Source of the DNA: Deltaproteobacteria bacterium
GTDB taxonomy: Bacteria > Myxococcota > Kuafuiibacteriia > Kuafuiibacteriales > Kuafuiibacteriaceae
Length of the DNA: 64,000 nt
Reading direction: 5' to 3'
Assembly (NCBI GenBank): GCA_040218735.1
Contig: JAVJQW010000007.1
Span: 217,714 to 281,713, forward strand
Shown here: positions 21,481-30,164 of the stretch, piece by piece
Layout of the letters: each line of letters starts with the position of its first letter
Position numbering within the stretch: the stretch's first letter is position 1
Notes under the pieces: generated by a model
Told to the model about the DNA's origin: nothing
What the model saw: only the letters and a program-made list of their open reading frames with translations
Database searches by the model: none
Position numbers and translations under genes: made by a program

Positions 21481-21501
21481 CCGTCAGGTCGATACAGTGT
21501 C

Positions 21502-22101
21502 TTAGAAGATGCCCTGCTCGCAGGCGAAGATTTCACCGTCGAGCATACCGCCGTTGCAGTTCTGGCCGTTGTGCGCCGCGCAGTTCACCACACCAGCGGT
21601 GATACCGACGCCGTTGATGCTCTGGAACTCGTAGCCGGCGTTGATGCCGTCACCGTCGAGGTCCGCCGCAGCGCCCACGCAGAACTCCGGCTCCGTGCCG
21701 GCCGCGCCGAGCTGCGACAGCGTCTCGTACTGGAAGTAGACCGCGCCGTCCGCCTTGAAGCCGATGCAGTCGTACTGGCTGCAGTTGCCGACGGTGCGAC
21801 GGTTGCAGTTGCTCGCGCAGGCCGTGTCCGACCAGGCCTGCTTCGCCGGCGTCGGCGCGCCGGGCGGGTTGAGGACCGCGCCGCCGCTCATGGCGTAGTT
21901 GTCCTCGGTCGCGCGGAAGCTCTCCTGCGACGTCTTGATCGAGCGGACGTTGGTCCGGCCTTCGGACTGCTTCGAGCGCATCTGGTAGCGGATGAAGTTC
22001 GGGATGGCGATCGCCGCCAGGATCCCGATGATCGCGACGACGATCATGAGCTCGATGAGCGTAAAGCCCTTGTCCTTCCGGTTTTGGAGAAGCTTCTTCA
22101 T
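21502..22101 (-). CDS. pilA: Major type IV pilin
   Basis: [36 protein letters not shown] closely matches myxobacterial PilA; own sigma54 promoter and terminator; 8 Cys; DLDGDG. Confidence 0.9.
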   Translation of the reverse strand: MKKLLQNRKDKGFTLIELMIVVAIIGILAAIAIPNFIRYQMRSKQSEGRTNVRSIKTSQESFRATEDNYAMSGGAVLNPPGAPTPAKQAWSDTACASNCNRRTVGNCSQYDCIGFKADGAVYFQYETLSQLGAAGTEPEFCVGAAADLDGDGINAGYEFQSINGVGITAGVVNCAAHNGQNCNGGMLDGEIFACEQGIF

Positions 22102-22173
22102 TTGGTTCTTCGTTCCCTTCCCCGCGGCATCTTGGGCCAGCGGGATTGCGTGAGAGTGATGTCCATCGCAATG

Positions 22174-22190
22174 AGCATCCTCCGTGCCAA
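22174..22190 (-). promoter_or_regulatory. Sigma54 (-24/-12) promoter of pilA
   Basis: TTGGCACGGAGGATGCT = GG-N10-GC, about 75 nt upstream of the ATG; pilA is sigma54/PilR-dependent in M. xanthus and Pseudomonas. Confidence 0.75.
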
Positions 22191-22220
22191 GTCGAGAGGT
22201 GTCCTTTGGCACCTCCCAGG

Positions 22221-22289
22221 GTGACAAAGATCGTCACTCGGGGCTGACGATTCTCGGTACCGGTGCCCGAAAGTGACGCCGACCGTCGC
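22221..22289. promoter_or_regulatory. Putative enhancer (PilR-type) binding palindromes
   Basis: GTGAC-N7-GTCAC (22221), CTGAC-N7-GGTAC (22244), GTGAC-N7-GTCGC (22273). Confidence 0.45.
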
Positions 22290-22311
22290 TCGCGGTACCG
22301 TCCGGCCTCTC

Positions 22312-23718
22312 ATGGTGCCGCGCGGTCGCCGGATCTTCTGCAATCGAACCCTGAATCTGCGGTCCATTCGGGCGATCGGCTACGACATGGACTACACACT
22401 CATCCACTACCACGTGGCGGAGTGGGAGGCGCACGCCTACGGCCATGTCCTACGTCGCCTCGCCGCGCGTGGTTGGCCGGTGGAGGACCTCGCGTTCGAT
22501 CCGCAGATGATGATCCGCGGGCTGATCATCGACACCGAGCTGGGCAACGTCGTGAAGGCGAACCGCTTCGGCTTCGTGAAGGTCGCGCAGCACGGCACCA
22601 CCCTCATCCCGTTCGAGCAGATGCGCGAGACCTACTCGCGCGTGATCGTCGACCTGTCCGAGCCGCGCTGGCGGTTCATGAACACGCTGTTCTCCATGTC
22701 GGAGGCGTGCCTGTACGCGCAGCTCGTCGCATGCCTCGACGACGGCAAGATGCCCCCCGGCATCGGCTACCCCGATCTATACACCGCGATCCGTCGCGCC
22801 TTCGACGAGGTGCATGCCGAGGGTGACCTCAAGGCGGAGATCGTCGCCGCCCCCGAGCGCTTCGTGGACCTCGACGAGCGGACCGCCCTCGCGCTCCTCG
22901 ATCAGAAACACGCGAAGAAGAAGCTCATGCTCATCACCAACTCGGAGTGGTCGTACACCGCTCCGATCATGGCCTTCGCGTTCGACCGCTTCCTCCCGGG
23001 CGACATGACGTGGCGCGAGCTGTTCGACCTCGTGATCGTCTCCGCGCGAAAGCCGTCCTTCTTCACGGACGACAACCCGGCCTTCGAGGTCGTCGACGAG
23101 GACGGCCTCCTCCGGCCCGTCATCCGCGACCTGGAGCCCGGCAAGTCCTACGTCGGCGGCAGCGCCAAACAGGTCCAGGCCGCGTTCGGCCTCCACGGCG
23201 ACGAGGTGCTCTACGTCGGTGACCACATCTTCAGCGACGTCAACGTGTCGAAGCAGGTCCAACGTTGGCGCACGGCGCTGATCCTCCGCGAGATGGAGGA
23301 CGAGATCGCCGCCCTGGAGGCCTTCCGCGGATCGCAGGCGGAGCTCGAAGCGCTCATGGCGCAGAAGGAGCAGCTCGAAGGGCAGCAGTGCGCCGTCCGC
23401 GTGGCGGAGCTCCGCGCCGAACACGGGTATGGGCCGAAGGACGACCGCGACCTCGAGACCCTCCGCGCCGACGCCGGCCGGATCCGCGAGGCCCTCGACG
23501 CGCTCGACGCGCGCATCAAACCCCTCGCGATCGAGTCCGGACGCCTCGGCTCGGACAAGTGGGGCCCGCTGATGCGCGCGGGCAACGACAAGAGCCACCT
23601 CGCCCGGCAGGTCGAGCGCTACGCCGACGTCTACCTCGCGCGGGTCTCCGACTTCGCGGCCGAGTCCCCGTTCGCCTACCTGAGATCGGTGCGCGGGAGC
23701 CTCCCGCACGATCGCTAG
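22312..23718 (+). CDS. HAD-IG family 5'-nucleotidase (cN-II-like)
   Basis: GYDMDYTL, LITNS, ARKP.FF, YVGDHIFSDV. Confidence 0.9.
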   Translation: MVPRGRRIFCNRTLNLRSIRAIGYDMDYTLIHYHVAEWEAHAYGHVLRRLAARGWPVEDLAFDPQMMIRGLIIDTELGNVVKANRFGFVKVAQHGTTLIPFEQMRETYSRVIVDLSEPRWRFMNTLFSMSEACLYAQLVACLDDGKMPPGIGYPDLYTAIRRAFDEVHAEGDLKAEIVAAPERFVDLDERTALALLDQKHAKKKLMLITNSEWSYTAPIMAFAFDRFLPGDMTWRELFDLVIVSARKPSFFTDDNPAFEVVDEDGLLRPVIRDLEPGKSYVGGSAKQVQAAFGLHGDEVLYVGDHIFSDVNVSKQVQRWRTALILREMEDEIAALEAFRGSQAELEALMAQKEQLEGQQCAVRVAELRAEHGYGPKDDRDLETLRADAGRIREALDALDARIKPLAIESGRLGSDKWGPLMRAGNDKSHLARQVERYADVYLARVSDFAAESPFAYLRSVRGSLPHDR

Positions 23719-23725
23719 GACGCGG

Positions 23726-26700
23726 TTAGAACCGCTTCACCCAGATCACGTCGGCCGAGCCGCGCTGACCCTGGGCGTAACGCAGCTCCGCGACCCACGT
23801 GCCCGTGAAGCGGTAGCGGAGCAGCCCCTCGCTCGTCGTGCTCGGCGTCGGGCTGTTGGTATCGACCGTGAACGTGTACGCGACGAAGAGGCTGTCCGTG
23901 ATCCACTTGCCGAGGGTGAGGGCCGGCGTCTTGCCTTCGTCGCCGAGGTCGAGCTTCAGCGTATCGATCGGGAGCGAGCGACGGATCGCCTGGGTCACCG
24001 GTCCGAGCAACAACCCCGCCGCGGCGGCCGCGGCCTGCTCCGGCGTGACTTCGCCGCCGGACTCCACGCCGGGCTCGCCTCCGAGGAAGACCTGCATCAG
24101 CTCGCCGCGCGTGTAGACCGATGGGTCGGCGACGAAGTTGAGCTCCGGCTTCTTCGAGGTGCCGGTGACGATCACCGAGAACACCGCGTTGTCGAAGTCC
24201 TTCGTGAGGACGACGTCGAGGCGCGGGTCCATCGGGACCCGCCCGTCGAAGACCACGCGCGCGCGGTTGATGTCGTACTCGTGCGCGATGAGTTGCAGCT
24301 TGCCGCGGGGCAGCGATACCCAACCGTCGATCGCCGGACCGCGGGGCGTCGTCACCATGGTCAGCGACATCTCCAGCGCGGTGCGTACCTGCTCACCCTC
24401 CACGCCGACCGCCCCCTTCGTTGCGATGCGAACGATCGTCTTCGATGCCTTCTCACCCTGCGCCGCTCGCTTCGCGGCGCGCGCCGCTGCGAGACCCGCG
24501 CGGTCGACGAACACGACGTCCTGCATCGGATCGATCGGGTGCAGTGATCCCCCGCCGGGATCGCCGGGGAGCGTGATCGTCCCGCCGTCGAGGGTGACGT
24601 CCACGCGGAGCGCGTCCGGCTCTTGTCGCCCCGTCACCCGAACGTCCAGCGTCGCGAGCGCCGCCGTCGTCCCGGCCGAGACCCGGACGTCGTCGGTCTT
24701 CAGCTTCGCCTCGAACTTCAGCGCCTCGGCGGGGAACACCGTGGCCTTCGCCGTGACGGAGACGTTGCCGCCGCCCGCGGTGCCCTTGGCGGTGAGATCG
24801 AGGTTCTGGCCCGCGATGTTCACATGCACCTTGGCGTCTTCGAGATCGGGCACGCCCGGCGCGACCGCGAGGCGCTTTGCGTGCAGCGTGAGGTCGCCGT
24901 TCACGTCGGGCTCCGCGAGCTCGCCGGTCGCGGTGACCTTCCCGTCGAGTGAAGACGACTCGAACCCCAACGTCGTCCCCGCGGTGGCCTGAAGGAGCTC
25001 GCCGACGAAGTCGAGCGCGAAGCGCTGCGCGACGAGCGTGGCGTCGACTTCGTCGCGGAGCTTAACGTCGGCGTCCAGCCGTCCGCCGTCGTCTTGTCGC
25101 GCGGCGAGCGTCGCGTCGACGGAGCCGCCTTCGACGTGGGCCTTCAGGTCGAGGCGCTCGAACGCCCGTCCGCCGAGCGTGCCGTCCCCGACGGAGAGGG
25201 TCGCGTCGACCTTCGGGGCCTCGACGACGCCGGACACCTTCGCGGTGATGGCGAGCGCGCCTCGGAAGCGCTCGCGGAGCTTCTTGGCGCTGAACACGTG
25301 GGTGATGTCGAAGGGGACGCTGCGCACGTCGACCGCGAGCGGGAGCTTTGCGAACGCGTCGGGTTCGGTCGCGGCGAGCGCTCGGACCGATCGCGGGAGG
25401 CGAACGTCGATGTCCGCGATTGGCCGCTCGTCGACGTAGAGGCCGACGTCGGCCCAGGTCGCGCCGTCGCGCTCGAAGACGACGGCCGCCGCGCCGACCT
25501 TCGACAGCTGCGGGCTCACGTCCACGTCACGGAGCTCGAACGCGAGCTGCGTATCCGCGAGCCCCGGTCCGGTGCGCAGGCCGAGCTCCAGCGTGCCGGG
25601 CGGGAGTGGCGTCCCGACGAGCTCGGCGATCGCCTCGAGCTGAGCCCCGGTCACACTCGCCGTGACGGTCTCGATTCTATCGAATGGATTCAACTGCCAC
25701 GCTTCCGCGTCCACGATCGGCGTGGGCGGCGTGACCCGCGCGTGGGCGGCGACCGAGAGGTCCTTCGGCCCCTCGACCCACAGGCGCGCTTCGAGGCGCG
25801 AAGCGTCGACGTCGACCGTCACCCGTCCGTCAACGATCGGTGCGGAGGGGCGAAGGCGCAGGTCGTCCGCGTGGAGGTCGACGTCCGCGAAGAGATCCGC
25901 TCCGCGTTTGTCGATCTTCGCGGCGCCGGTCACGACCCCGGTCAGGGTCGGCGCCATCGTGCTCGTCGACACCGCCGCGAGGAGCTCCTCGACCGCCAGG
26001 CGCTCGAGCTGGAGATCCACGCGCCCGTCGCCGGCTTCGAGCGCGGCGACCCCGTCGCGTTCCAGCGTTTGCACGGTGACCGCCAGCGCCGCGTCGACGT
26101 CGGCGACGCGACGGCCGTCGAGGTCCAGCCCGAGGCGCGCCGCCGTCTGTTCTTCGTCTGCGAGGAGCGTGAGGTCCGCGTCGACCTTCGCCGCGAGCTG
26201 CGCCACGCGGAGGTCGCGGAGGGTGATGGTGCCGTCGATGCGCCGTACGCGAGGCCCGGCGACGATCTCACCCTCCACGCGCCCGCCCTTCAACGTCGGC
26301 ACGTTCAGGATGCGTCCGAGCTCTTCGACGTCGACCGCCGCGAGCTTCGCCGACGCCGCGCGCACACGATCGAGCGGGCTGCGTCGCCACGCGGCGACGT
26401 CGATCGGATCCGTCGGCGTCGTCACGCGCGCCGTGACGTCCGCGCGACCGAGCTTGGCGCCGTCCGCGGCGACGCTCGCGGTGAGTACGCCGTCGACGAG
26501 GTCGACGTCGAGGTCGAGGGCGAGCGGCGCGATGTCTTCGAAGCTGAGGTCGGTGCCCTGCACCGCAACGGAAGCTTCGGTCCCGTCCACCCTCGCGTTC
26601 ATCTGCACGACGCCGCCGAGACGCGGCGCGCCCGGGACGATGCGCGAGAAGGTCGCGAGGCGGAGCTGGTCCACGTCGAGTCGGACGTCGCGGCTCTTGC

Positions 26701-28150
26701 GCAGGGGGTCGGCCGTGTCGATCGTCCCGCTCGCGGTGAGCGCGCCGGCGTTGGAGGTGAGCGCGAGGTCGTCGATGCGAACGGTATCGCCGTCGACGCG
26801 GACACGCGTCCCGCCGCCGCTCCACGTGACGTCGCGGGTGATCACCTCCAGCGTCTTCACTTCGGCGCGCAGCGACTCACCCTCCAGGCCGACGCGCAGC
26901 GTGGCGCGAGGGGCACGGATCGGCGCGGGCCGACCGTTGGGCTGGAGCACGACCACGTCTCGGACGCGCACGTCGGCTTCGGCGTCGAGCACGCCGGTGA
27001 GCCCCTGCGCGCTGGCCGTCGCCTTCACTTCTCCGACGCGGACCGCGGGGTGCGCGAGGTCGCGGACGGTCGCCGAGGCTTCGAGGGTGAGATCGTCGAG
27101 CGGCCCCTTCGCGGTGGCGACGAGATCGACGTCGGCCGTCGGCGCGAGCGGGTGGACCGACTGCGGCGCGACATCCGTCAGCGCGACGCGCGCGGCGAGC
27201 GCGGACAGATCCGTCGCGAGACCGGCGTCGACTTCGAGCGGCGCCTCGTTCAGCAGGCCGTCGAGCGCCACCACCCAACGCTCCGCCGCCGCGTCGTGGC
27301 TCGCGGTCGCCGTCGCGACGAGCGCGACCGTGAGGTCGGGCTGACGGCTGACCTTGCGTACGAGGTCCGCGGGGACGTCGATCGCGAGCCGGCCGTCGAG
27401 CGCCAACGAGCCCGGATCGAAGTGCGTGTCGCGCACGCGGAGGACGCGGTGTTCGTCGACCTCGATCTCCAGCGTCTCGACCTCCGCGGCGCCACCGACG
27501 AACCCGCCGTCGCCTCGCAGCTCGACCTCGATCGCCTGCTCGGGGAGGGACGCGGCGATGCGCTCGATCTTCGCACGCACGTCGGGGAGGGGAGCCTCGA
27601 CGCCGAGACGCACGAGGAGCCCCTCGACCACCGTGGAGGTCTTCGCGTCTTGCGTCATCAAGAACGCGCCGCCGTCGAGCGTGAGCGCGTCGACCCGCAC
27701 CGTGAACTGCGGTGCGCCCGCGCTCGGCGTCTCGGGCTGCGGAGGGCTCGGCGGCACGAGGCGGGCGAAGTTGTTGCTCCCGTCGGGGTAGGTCTCGAGC
27801 CGCGCCCACGGGGCGTCGATGGCGATCGTCTTGGCGTGGAACTTCGACGCGAACAGCGCGGAGAAGTCGTGGTCGACGAACACCCGCGCGACGCGCGCGA
27901 TGGGGTGGCCTTCCGCGTCGCGCAGCTCCACGTCCCGGATCGTGAGCTGCGAGAACACCGACCCTTCGATTGCGCCGATCGACACGGATCCATTCAGTGT
28001 ATCGCTGGCGACGGACTCTCCGACGGAGCGCACCTGCTCGAGCCCCCAGTCGGTCCCGAGGAGCGTGGCACCAACGCCGGCGACCAGCGCGACGAGGAGC
28101 ACGATGACGAGCAGGCTGCCGCCCGACCACTTCGCGAGTGCGCGGCGCAT
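23726..28150 (-). CDS. tamB: Translocation and assembly module TamB-family protein
   Basis: N-terminal TM anchor, long beta-taco-like repeats, C-terminal DUF490-like region (F.G..P.DP.LD, LGKWI, KRF end); 2 nt from the Omp85 gene. Confidence 0.8.
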   Translation of the reverse strand: MRRALAKWSGGSLLVIVLLVALVAGVGATLLGTDWGLEQVRSVGESVASDTLNGSVSIGAIEGSVFSQLTIRDVELRDAEGHPIARVARVFVDHDFSALFASKFHAKTIAIDAPWARLETYPDGSNNFARLVPPSPPQPETPSAGAPQFTVRVDALTLDGGAFLMTQDAKTSTVVEGLLVRLGVEAPLPDVRAKIERIAASLPEQAIEVELRGDGGFVGGAAEVETLEIEVDEHRVLRVRDTHFDPGSLALDGRLAIDVPADLVRKVSRQPDLTVALVATATASHDAAAERWVVALDGLLNEAPLEVDAGLATDLSALAARVALTDVAPQSVHPLAPTADVDLVATAKGPLDDLTLEASATVRDLAHPAVRVGEVKATASAQGLTGVLDAEADVRVRDVVVLQPNGRPAPIRAPRATLRVGLEGESLRAEVKTLEVITRDVTWSGGGTRVRVDGDTVRIDDLALTSNAGALTASGTIDTADPLRKSRDVRLDVDQLRLATFSRIVPGAPRLGGVVQMNARVDGTEASVAVQGTDLSFEDIAPLALDLDVDLVDGVLTASVAADGAKLGRADVTARVTTPTDPIDVAAWRRSPLDRVRAASAKLAAVDVEELGRILNVPTLKGGRVEGEIVAGPRVRRIDGTITLRDLRVAQLAAKVDADLTLLADEEQTAARLGLDLDGRRVADVDAALAVTVQTLERDGVAALEAGDGRVDLQLERLAVEELLAAVSTSTMAPTLTGVVTGAAKIDKRGADLFADVDLHADDLRLRPSAPIVDGRVTVDVDASRLEARLWVEGPKDLSVAAHARVTPPTPIVDAEAWQLNPFDRIETVTASVTGAQLEAIAELVGTPLPPGTLELGLRTGPGLADTQLAFELRDVDVSPQLSKVGAAAVVFERDGATWADVGLYVDERPIADIDVRLPRSVRALAATEPDAFAKLPLAVDVRSVPFDITHVFSAKKLRERFRGALAITAKVSGVVEAPKVDATLSVGDGTLGGRAFERLDLKAHVEGGSVDATLAARQDDGGRLDADVKLRDEVDATLVAQRFALDFVGELLQATAGTTLGFESSSLDGKVTATGELAEPDVNGDLTLHAKRLAVAPGVPDLEDAKVHVNIAGQNLDLTAKGTAGGGNVSVTAKATVFPAEALKFEAKLKTDDVRVSAGTTAALATLDVRVTGRQEPDALRVDVTLDGGTITLPGDPGGGSLHPIDPMQDVVFVDRAGLAAARAAKRAAQGEKASKTIVRIATKGAVGVEGEQVRTALEMSLTMVTTPRGPAIDGWVSLPRGKLQLIAHEYDINRARVVFDGRVPMDPRLDVVLTKDFDNAVFSVIVTGTSKKPELNFVADPSVYTRGELMQVFLGGEPGVESGGEVTPEQAAAAAAGLLLGPVTQAIRRSLPIDTLKLDLGDEGKTPALTLGKWITDSLFVAYTFTVDTNSPTPSTTSEGLLRYRFTGTWVAELRYAQGQRGSADVIWVKRF

Positions 28151-28152
28151 CG

Positions 28153-30051
28153 TCAGAACGCCTCTCCGATGCTGATGTGGTAGACGATGCGGCCGTCCTT
28201 GGTCGTGGGCGGATCCGGCTCACCCTCCTCGAAGCGGTTGAGGCGGTAGCCGACGTCGAAACGCAGCGGCCCGACGGGGGTGTGGTAGCGGAGGCCGGCG
28301 CCGGTCGCGAGGTGCGGGCGGTCGAACGCGAGATCGGCGAAGGCGTTTCGCGTGTCGCCCGCGTCCAAGAAGCCGACGACGCCCAACCACTGACCGAGCA
28401 CCTTCACGAGCTCCAGGCGCAGCTCGCCGTTCGCGACGAACATCGCTTCGCCGCCGAGCGGGTAGTAGACGCCGTCGACCGGTTCACCCGGCGACAGGCG
28501 GCGACGCCCGAAGCCGCGCACGCTGTCGGAGCCGCCCGAGAAGTAGCGCTGGGTGATGGGGAGCGGTTTGTCGAGGAGGTTCGCGCCGACGCGCAGGCGG
28601 GCGGCGAGCACGATCCGCGGGGTGCCGAGCGACAAGTAACCTTGCGCCTCCGGCGTGACCTTCAGGTAGTCCTTCGGGTCGGCGGCGATCAGGTGCCCGG
28701 CTTCGACCGGGAGCGACAGGTAGAAGCCGGAGTGCGGCGACAGCGGGTTGTCGCGCCGGTCGTAGGTGATCGACGGCGCCGCGGACACGAGCGTCAGTCG
28801 ATCGCGCAGACCGTACTCCGCGCGTTTGTCGACCGGGATGTCGTCGAAGTCGAACACGTCGTAGTAGGTCGCGTTGAAGGCAATCGAGGCCTGGAGCCGA
28901 TCGTCGTCGAGGAACGCGCGGCCCAGGATGACCTGCGCCGAGGGGCCCTGCGTGGCGAACGCCTCGTACTTGATGAGCCGGTAGGTCACGCCGGTCGTGA
29001 GGCGAACGCGGGGGTAGAGGAAGTCGTCCCGGATGACGCGCGCGGAGGCTTCGATCTGATAGCCGAGGTCTTCGTTGGAGATCGGCAAGAGAACTTGCGG
29101 TCGCACCACCGCGTTGAACGACATCAGCGGGTGGAAGAAGAACCGGCGGGTGTACGAGAGGTTGCCGCGCACCGAGAGGTTCTGCGGGTCGAACTGCAGA
29201 CCGCCGCCGAGGCGCAGCTCGTTGAGCGAAGTCTCCGAGAAGCCGATCGCGATGTTCACGCGTTGGTCGTCCGAGTGATACGTCGGCGTGAAGCGGACGG
29301 AGCTCGCGAGGTCGAGTGTGTACAGGCGCCCCTCCGTGAGCCGGAGCGCGTCCGGGTCGTAGACCTCGCCCGGCTTCCACGCGATGCGGTTCTTCACCGC
29401 GCTCTTGGGGATCGCGCTGCGATCGAACGTCACCTCGTCGAACCGCACCAGCGGACCGGGGTCGACGTCGATGCGGATGTGCACCTCGTTGGCGTCGCGG
29501 TCGACCTCGATGCGCCCGTCGATCCGCGCGCGCGGGTGACCGCGACGCTGGAGGAGTGCATCGAACGCCGCCTTCGTGATCTCGTAGTCGTCGTACGTGA
29601 AGCGCTCGCCGACGAGGATGGACGACGCCGCGTACAGCTCGTCCTCCGAGACCGCGGTGGACGTCGTCGTGTACGCCGCGTCGACCACGTTCGCGGGCGG
29701 CCCCTCCTCCACCGCGTACGTGATGCGCACGTCGGACTCCGGGTCGGCCTCGTTCGCGATCTCGACGACCGCTTCCCCGACGCGCACCGAGAAGAATCCG
29801 TTGGTCTCGTAGTAGGAGGCGATGCGCTGCCGGTCGAGCTGCAGCACCAGCTCGTCGTACGGCGCGATGTCCTTGAAGACGATCCCCCGCGGCGGGTGGT
29901 TCGCGAGCCCGTCGGTCACGTCGTCCGCGTCGAGCGCCTTCGCGCCCGTGAGCTCGACGTGTTCGACCGGGTGGCGTCCGTCCGGAAAGCCGATGGCGCA
30001 GCCCGAGGCCACGAGCCCGAGGGCCCAGACCGTGCTCGCTCGCCGTGCCAC
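28153..30051 (-). CDS. tamA: Omp85/TamA-family outer membrane protein (POTRA domains plus barrel)
   Basis: Lipobox ASGC; POTRA (VEEGP, DPGP); SVRGF; TPVGPLRFDVG; terminal GEAF. Confidence 0.8.
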   Translation of the reverse strand: MARRASTVWALGLVASGCAIGFPDGRHPVEHVELTGAKALDADDVTDGLANHPPRGIVFKDIAPYDELVLQLDRQRIASYYETNGFFSVRVGEAVVEIANEADPESDVRITYAVEEGPPANVVDAAYTTTSTAVSEDELYAASSILVGERFTYDDYEITKAAFDALLQRRGHPRARIDGRIEVDRDANEVHIRIDVDPGPLVRFDEVTFDRSAIPKSAVKNRIAWKPGEVYDPDALRLTEGRLYTLDLASSVRFTPTYHSDDQRVNIAIGFSETSLNELRLGGGLQFDPQNLSVRGNLSYTRRFFFHPLMSFNAVVRPQVLLPISNEDLGYQIEASARVIRDDFLYPRVRLTTGVTYRLIKYEAFATQGPSAQVILGRAFLDDDRLQASIAFNATYYDVFDFDDIPVDKRAEYGLRDRLTLVSAAPSITYDRRDNPLSPHSGFYLSLPVEAGHLIAADPKDYLKVTPEAQGYLSLGTPRIVLAARLRVGANLLDKPLPITQRYFSGGSDSVRGFGRRRLSPGEPVDGVYYPLGGEAMFVANGELRLELVKVLGQWLGVVGFLDAGDTRNAFADLAFDRPHLATGAGLRYHTPVGPLRFDVGYRLNRFEEGEPDPPTTKDGRIVYHISIGEAF

Positions 30052-30164
30052 CTGATTCGAGGGCGTAACCTCCCAGGCGCCGCGGTTCCATCGAAAAACT
30101 GAGATCGATTCGGGCATTCCGCGGGGACCGAAGCTGGTACGACGTATGCTGAGAGACGACGCCG

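Noticed and set aside
22206-22222. Plus-strand TGGCAC as a second sigma54 promoter
   Set aside because: No GC at the -12 position
25094-30102. Long plus-strand ORFs (1029 aa, 560 aa, 654 aa)
   Set aside because: Antisense to tamB/tamA, caused by codon bias
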